A DNA stretch of 64,000 nucleotides from Candidatus Latescibacterota bacterium (lineage in GTDB: Bacteria > Latescibacterota > UBA2968): positions 4,224,001 to 4,288,000 of the forward strand of contig OZ244960.1 in the NCBI GenBank assembly GCA_965222605.1, given 5' to 3'. The translations under genes were made by a program, and so were the position numbers. Position 1 is the stretch's first letter. The number at the start of each line of letters is the position of its first letter. This document shows positions 57,404 through 64,000 of this stretch, one piece after another. The notes under the pieces were generated by a model. It saw only the letters and a program-made list of their open reading frames with translations. It had not been told where the DNA came from and searched no databases.

Positions 57404-58402
57404 TCAAGAAATGTCAACGGGTTGTTGTGTTCTCATGGACTCGTAGATGGCGTCCATTGTTTTCATATTGCCGATGCTGTTTTCCGGTGGGATGCGGTGC
57501 GGTTGCCCGGTGTCGAGGCAATCGCACAGATGGTGGAGTTGGTTCAGGAATTGAAAAATGGGTTCAAATTCATGGGTTTTAATGCCGTCGCGGGTGTGGA
57601 CCTCAAGGGTCGTGGGCTGGTTTTCGTTGTTCCAGGCGCGTTCTGTTCGCAACATGCCATCGGTGCCGGAGATTTCAAAATATTGTGAGGAGGCCATTTT
57701 GAAGCTAAAGGTGAGTTGTGCAGTGACATGATTGGGAAATTCGTAGATGGCTATAATTGTTTCATCCACTTCGCGACCAAATTCTCCTGTGGCATAGACG
57801 CGGATGGGGTCGGCGTTGGCTATGAAGCGAGCGTGATGGGTATTGTAACAACCCAGATCATAGACTGCGCCACCGCCTTTTTCTTTGTTGAAACGCCAGT
57901 TGAGTTCGGGTTTTCGGCGGTCGTCTGAAACGCCTGTGCAAAAGGTGCTGCGAATGTTACTCAGGGTTCCGATTTGTCCACTGTCGAGAATTTCTTTGGT
58001 TTTGAGATGTAAGGGGTGATGGCGAAATTTGAAGGCTTCGGCGAGGAGGATATTGTTGGCTTTGGCGCATGCAACCATTTCTCGGCATTCGGCAGCGGTT
58101 TGTGTGATGGGTTTTTCGCAGAGGATGGCGCGAACTTTTTGCGATTTCGCGATTTGATTGCTCAGGCTGGCGTGAAAGCGGCCCCAGGTGCAGATGATGG
58201 CGATGTCGAGGTTTTCATTGTCGAGCATCTGGTCGAGATCTGTATAACCTTTTCGGACGTCAAATTCGCCGCGATATCTCTCAACTGCTTCGGGCAAGAC
58301 ATCGCAGACTGCAACGATTTCTGCGCGGTCAGATTGTGCAGTAGCCCGACCGTGAGCACGCGAGATACCACCAGCACCAACAATTCCAATGCGATAAGAC
58401 AT
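57404..58402 (-). CDS. Gfo/Idh/MocA family oxidoreductase
   Basis: IGIVGAGGI, LCEKP, EAF.FR.HP, GGGA.YDLGCY motifs. Confidence 0.9.
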   Translation of the reverse strand: MSYRIGIVGAGGISRAHGRATAQSDRAEIVAVCDVLPEAVERYRGEFDVRKGYTDLDQMLDNENLDIAIICTWGRFHASLSNQIAKSQKVRAILCEKPITQTAAECREMVACAKANNILLAEAFKFRHHPLHLKTKEILDSGQIGTLSNIRSTFCTGVSDDRRKPELNWRFNKEKGGGAVYDLGCYNTHHARFIANADPIRVYATGEFGREVDETIIAIYEFPNHVTAQLTFSFKMASSQYFEISGTDGMLRTERAWNNENQPTTLEVHTRDGIKTHEFEPIFQFLNQLHHLCDCLDTGQPHRIPPENSIGNMKTMDAIYESMRTQQPVDIS

Positions 58403-58426
58403 GTAAAAACTCCTGAAAAAAAGACC

Positions 58427-59044
58427 TCAGTCCAACACATCCAAAATATGTCGCGCAACAGATTCAGCCAGTATGGCAGAGCCTTCTTTTGAAAAATGCA
58501 CATTGGCGGGGAGTTGTATATCGTCAAGGCGTTCTATAGCATATCCATAGAGGTCGTTTGTGGGAATGCCGTGTGCATCCATGACTTTTTGTGCGATGGC
58601 GTTGTATTCAATTTCGTCGCCGGGTTTGCGGAGGGACGCGCCTTCGGGAACTGGTGTGGTGGCGCACCAGATTAATTTGGCACCGGTTTGTTTGAGGCGT
58701 TTGACCAGGGTGTCGAGGTTTTGTTCGTATTGGTCGGCACGCACTTGATGTTGGCCCTGCGGTGGATTGACGCGTTCTCCGTTTTCTTTCATGTGAACGA
58801 TGTCGTGTAAGCCCCAGTTGAAGTGAATGACATCCCAGGAACCGTCGCCGAGCCAGTTTTCAATTTCTTCTACGCCGCGCTTTGTCGGCCCGCAGTTGGT
58901 AAGCGGGCGGTGGAGGTTGGCTTTGAGCAATTTGCGCACGGGCAGGGTATAACCAATGGAGATGGAGTCCCCAATGATCAGTACGCGCGGCAGACCAGGT
59001 TCATCTTTAATGGGTTCAAATGCTGGATTATTGTTGGGGGGCAT
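58427..59044 (-). CDS. SGNH/GDSL hydrolase
   Basis: IGDSIS, FNWGLHD, TTPVP, NVHF motifs. Confidence 0.88.
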   Translation of the reverse strand: MPPNNNPAFEPIKDEPGLPRVLIIGDSISIGYTLPVRKLLKANLHRPLTNCGPTKRGVEEIENWLGDGSWDVIHFNWGLHDIVHMKENGERVNPPQGQHQVRADQYEQNLDTLVKRLKQTGAKLIWCATTPVPEGASLRKPGDEIEYNAIAQKVMDAHGIPTNDLYGYAIERLDDIQLPANVHFSKEGSAILAESVARHILDVLD

Positions 59045-59065
59045 GAGGTTCTCCTTTTATAAATC

Positions 59066-60724
59066 TCAGGCGTTGTGCCAGGCGTCTTCCCAGGGCGTGC
59101 CTTCGAGCGATTCTGCGGCGATATCTCGGGGACCGCGTTTGAGCACTTGTTCTTTATATTTTTTGATGCTCAATTTGTCGGGGGATAAGGTGGTTTCTTT
59201 ACTGATGGCGCGGGTAAATGCTTCGGCGAAGGTTTCGATACTGTCTTTTTTATTTTCCGGCAAGCGCTTGGGCCATGGACCGTCGTTGAGGTTGACTGTG
59301 CGGCATTCTTCTTCTGTAGGAATGCTGTCTGGACCGGGATACGAGCGCAGCCTATCGCCGTCAAAGGAATCATTCAGGCCGTGCTGTCGTTCCCAGGCGA
59401 TGATTTGATTGCGAAATTTTGACGCCAATGCGGGGTGTTCGGCGATGAGGTTGTGCTGTTCGTGTGGATCGTTTTCAAGGTCGTAGAGTTCTTTGATGCC
59501 GCCGTGGGCAAAAAAGGCGTATTTGTATTTTTGGTTGCGCGCTGAAATCCAGCGTCCTGCGCCCTTGCCGTAGTCTATAATCGCGGATTCTCGAGGCTCT
59601 GCCAGGCCTCCACCTGTTGCGCCCAGGAGGTTCGCCCCCGGCAATGGGCCGTGTTCTTCTGGATACTGGAGGTCGAGTTCTTCAATGAGGGTGGGAAAGA
59701 AGTCGAGCAGGCTGACGAGGTCATCGCATTGCCGCCCCGCCTGTGTTTTGCCGGGCCAGCGGAGGAGATATGGAATGCGCACGGAGGATTCATAAGGGCA
59801 GTTTTTTTGCGAAAGGCCGTGTTCGCCCATCATTTCACCGTGGTCTGAGACAAAGAGGACGATAGTGTTATCGGATAGACCGAGGGTTTCGAGTTCATTC
59901 AAAATGCGACCGATGCCGTCGTCAACATGAGTGATGAGACCATAGTAAAGGGCGCGCAGGCGGCGCAGGCGGTCGGGGTCGCGGTGGGCACCGTCCAGAC
60001 GTCCTCGACTGCCGTAAAAATTGGGCGGCAGGGTTTTGATAGGGCGGTCGGCAAAGGGTGGGAGGGGCATATCGGCGGGGTCGTACATGTCGTCGTACGG
60101 TTCGCAGGGCGCAAAGGGCGGGTGCGGTGATATCCAGGAACTCCAAAGAAAAAAGGGTTGATTTGGGCGGTAGCGGGTGTGTTCGCGGAGAAAGTCAATA
60201 GACTGGTCGGCGACCCAGGTATTTTTGTGGTGTTCAACGGGTATGCCACAGGTTTGGGGCTGGAAGAAGAGCAGATCGCGGATGCCTTTGGGAAAACGGG
60301 TGCGAACGCCGTTTTCCCGCAGATAGCGAAGGTAGTCATCATCGACCCAGTGATTGATGCATTCTTCCATTGTGAGGAGGTTTCGGAAGCCGTAGTGCCG
60401 ACCGTGAAAGTGCATTTTTCCAATGCCCTGCGTCCAGTATCTGGCGCGCAGAAGGAGGGTCATGATGGTGGGAAGTTCGGGTAAGGGGCCAGGTAGCGCA
60501 CTGTTGTCTGTCCAGTGGTGTCGGGACATTCTGTGACCCGTGATGAAACTCATGCGCGCTGCAACGCAGACGGGGGTGGGCGTGATGGCCTGTGTAAAGC
60601 GTACACCTGAATTGGCAAGCGCGTCGAGGTTGGGTGTGCGGATTGTTGTATTTCCAGCGCAGCCCATGGCATCTGCGCGTTGCTGGTCGGTCATGAGAAC
60701 GAGAATATTGGGGCGATCTGGCAT
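59066..60724 (-). CDS. Sulfatase (S1), CxAxR variant
   Basis: PNILVLMTDQQR, PVCVAAR, GKMH, PHPPF, SDHGEM.GEH...K motifs. Confidence 0.9.
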   Translation of the reverse strand: MPDRPNILVLMTDQQRADAMGCAGNTTIRTPNLDALANSGVRFTQAITPTPVCVAARMSFITGHRMSRHHWTDNSALPGPLPELPTIMTLLLRARYWTQGIGKMHFHGRHYGFRNLLTMEECINHWVDDDYLRYLRENGVRTRFPKGIRDLLFFQPQTCGIPVEHHKNTWVADQSIDFLREHTRYRPNQPFFLWSSWISPHPPFAPCEPYDDMYDPADMPLPPFADRPIKTLPPNFYGSRGRLDGAHRDPDRLRRLRALYYGLITHVDDGIGRILNELETLGLSDNTIVLFVSDHGEMMGEHGLSQKNCPYESSVRIPYLLRWPGKTQAGRQCDDLVSLLDFFPTLIEELDLQYPEEHGPLPGANLLGATGGGLAEPRESAIIDYGKGAGRWISARNQKYKYAFFAHGGIKELYDLENDPHEQHNLIAEHPALASKFRNQIIAWERQHGLNDSFDGDRLRSYPGPDSIPTEEECRTVNLNDGPWPKRLPENKKDSIETFAEAFTRAISKETTLSPDKLSIKKYKEQVLKRGPRDIAAESLEGTPWEDAWHNA

Positions 60725-60767
60725 AGTGTTTCCCTCAGCGCTTATGGCAATTCATGACATTCGGTAT

Positions 60768-62264
<1,497 letters not shown>

Positions 62265-62319
62265 CTATAGAAAGTCGAGAAAGTAGATGAGGATTATTTT
62301 CCCTCTTTGGATCGAATAC

Positions 62320-62354
62320 AAAAATCCCCTTGACGCAGACACATCAAGGGGATT
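62320..62354 (-). terminator. Intrinsic terminator in the guaB leader
   Basis: Minus strand AATCCCCTTGA-tgtgtctgcg-TCAAGGGGATT followed by TTT, about 65 nt upstream of the guaB start. Confidence 0.75.
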
Positions 62355-62455
62355 CAGGCGACAGGCACAGTTACACACTCCGCTCTGAGACCTGGCGGAG
62401 GTGTAAACCGCCGTTTTTTCCGGCAACAATAATAAGTGTAAAACCTCTGGTGCAT
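62354..62455 (-). CDS. Putative 33-aa leader peptide upstream of guaB
   Basis: GGAGAA RBS; MHQRFYTYYCCRKKRRFTPPPGLRAECVTVPVA*. The stop codon abuts the terminator stem. Confidence 0.5.
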   Translation of the reverse strand: MHQRFYTYYCCRKKRRFTPPPGLRAECVTVPVA

Positions 62456-62487
62456 GATGGTTCTCCAAATCGCGATTAGATTTGCCA

Positions 62488-62516
62488 AATATACCGCTTC
62501 TCTTTTGTTCTGTCAA
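62488..62516 (-). promoter_or_regulatory. Sigma70 promoter of the leader/guaB transcript
   Basis: Minus strand TTGACA-17 nt-TATATT. Confidence 0.8.
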
Positions 62517-62756
62517 TATGTGTGAAATAGAATTTTGTTTACAAAGGTCTCTGGAAAAGGGGTTGACATCGATCTTTATGGCTTATATTTTTTATTTTTT
62601 ATTAACTCAAACTCCTAATACCGTTCTTGATTAATTAGCCATCTTAAATTTTTAAGACTGGGATAATTAACATTTTTCATAAAACATTGTTGCAGAGTTG
62701 GATATACCGGGAACTCTACTGATTTGTATTTCGTTTAATCTGAAGCAGATTTTGGC

Positions 62757-62785
62757 TTGACAGGGTTTTTTTCATTCATTAGATT
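62757..62785 (+). promoter_or_regulatory. Sigma70 promoter for the TPR gene
   Basis: TTGACA-17 nt-TAGATT. Confidence 0.55.
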
Positions 62786-62928
62786 CTTCAGCCCTGATAC
62801 CTGTTATCGCATTTATTTTTTGCTGTGGGTCGTATATTATTAATTGTATATTATTAAAGGGAAGCGGCCTGTCTAAGCTATGTGTCGTTTTCTATGAATT
62901 TTCATCCACAATAGTATGGAGATTGGAT

Positions 62929-64000
62929 ATGAAATTCCGATCTGGTTTGCTAACCTTGTTGTGCGGTTTTTTTGTTTTGGGTACAGCGTCTTTTTGTTTT
63001 GCCGAAGAAGGCGAAACCGAGATGACACAGGCGGATTCTATTAAGAAAGCCGGCCAACACCTGTCTTTTGGTGTTCGATATCTCAAGAGTAAGCAATATG
63101 AAGACGCCGAAACACAATTTTTGAAATCTTTTGGTTTTAATCCCAAAAGAGCACGCACGGCCCGAGAATTGGGCAAGTTGTACGAAGAAATTGAAGAATA
63201 CGAGGATGCTATTCAGTGGTTTCAAAAAGCTGTTGAACTTGACCCCAAAAGCAAATACACGAAGATAGCACACATCGCATTGGCCCGTATCTATATTATG
63301 CAGGAACAGCCCGAAAAAGTCATTGGAAGTTATGAAACATTGCTGGAATTTAACCTCGAGTCAGAGGAAAAAATTAAATATTATCACGCGCTGGTCAGTT
63401 TGAATGTTGAAACTAAAGAGTATGAAAAAGCCTTGGAGTATGCCAAAAAGTGGGGTGAATTGGCTCCCGATGAGCCCGAAGTGCGGGATATGATTGGTAA
63501 ATTACATCTACAAACAGGTGGCGAGGACGAGGCTCTGGCCGAAATGGAAAAAGTGCTGGAGATAAATCCCGATGATTATGCTACGCTGGAAAAATTGGCG
63601 GGTATGTATGAGCGACGAGGCGATGATGATAAAGCCTTTGATGCCTTTGAAAAATTGTATCAAAATGATATCTCGAGTGTTTTCTTTTTGGAAGAGACCA
63701 TTAAATTGGGCAAGAAGGTGGGGAAATCCAAAAGCTGGATCGTCAATCGGCTTGAAAAATTATACGCCATGCAGCCTGACAATTTGGCGGTGATTGAAGA
63801 ACTGGCCGAGTTGACCGAGAAACTCAAGTGGGTCAATAAAGGTCTGGAACAAGACCCTAAAAATGGTAGGTACCCCTATATGAAGGGCGATCATTATTTT
63901 CATAGGTGGGAAAATTCAAGCACAAAACAGGATTCGATCAATGCCTTGACATGGTATAGAAGGGCGTTGAAAGACCCGCAGTGGAGGGGCAATGCCAATG
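62929..64000 (+). CDS. Exported tetratricopeptide-repeat protein (3'-partial; absent from the ORF track)
   Basis: GGAG RBS, signal peptide MKFRSGLLTLLCGFFVLGTASFCFA, TPR units such as LGKLYEEIEEYEDAIQWFQKAVELDP. The frame appears open to the window end. Confidence 0.85.
   Translation, partial: MKFRSGLLTLLCGFFVLGTASFCFAEEGETEMTQADSIKKAGQHLSFGVRYLKSKQYEDAETQFLKSFGFNPKRARTARELGKLYEEIEEYEDAIQWFQKAVELDPKSKYTKIAHIALARIYIMQEQPEKVIGSYETLLEFNLESEEKIKYYHALVSLNVETKEYEKALEYAKKWGELAPDEPEVRDMIGKLHLQTGGEDEALAEMEKVLEINPDDYATLEKLAGMYERRGDDDKAFDAFEKLYQNDISSVFFLEETIKLGKKVGKSKSWIVNRLEKLYAMQPDNLAVIEELAELTEKLKWVNKGLEQDPKNGRYPYMKGDHYFHRWENSSTKQDSINALTWYRRALKDPQWRGNAN

Noticed and set aside
62354-62480. Guanine or ykkC-type riboswitch before guaB
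   Set aside because: The conserved cores of these aptamers were not found by eye; an Rfam scan is still advisable.

Overview
Chromosomal window of a Gram-negative heterotroph. A DUF6785-type membrane protein, EF-hand/dockerin-like repeats, sulfatases and PhyH dioxygenases suggest a Latescibacterota/Poribacteria/Gemmatimonadota-like organism; this is inference only. About 60 CDS are present. Housekeeping genes: murG, ino1, thiI, hisA, thiL, arfB-like, rpsA-like, copA, guaB. A catabolic region spans about 7.5-23 kb. Several genes are decayed. Highlights: (1) A 12-gene minus-strand phage-shock/envelope-stress cluster (26.9-36.5 kb) under a consensus sigma54 promoter with 22-bp-phased UAS-like boxes. 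It encodes PspA, a TM-winged-helix protein, three PspB-like paralogs, a 57-aa membrane protein, an ECF sigma, a NfeD/flotillin pair, a soluble TPR histidine kinase, a receiver-fused PspF-like activator lacking the PspA-contact Trp, and a membrane PP2C phosphatase. (2) An 87-nt tRNA-like RNA with an 8/4 acceptor/T-stem (allo-tRNA-type) fold and only a 4-nt 'anticodon' loop (14736-14822, minus). (3) A promoter, 33-codon leader peptide and terminator upstream of guaB, resembling a coupling-based attenuator. (4) A broken ECF/anti-sigma pair heading an exported caspase-beta-barrel, DUF4252-Omp85 and DUF4097 locus. No CRISPR array, rRNA or intact transposase was seen. All family assignments come from motif recognition, not database searches.
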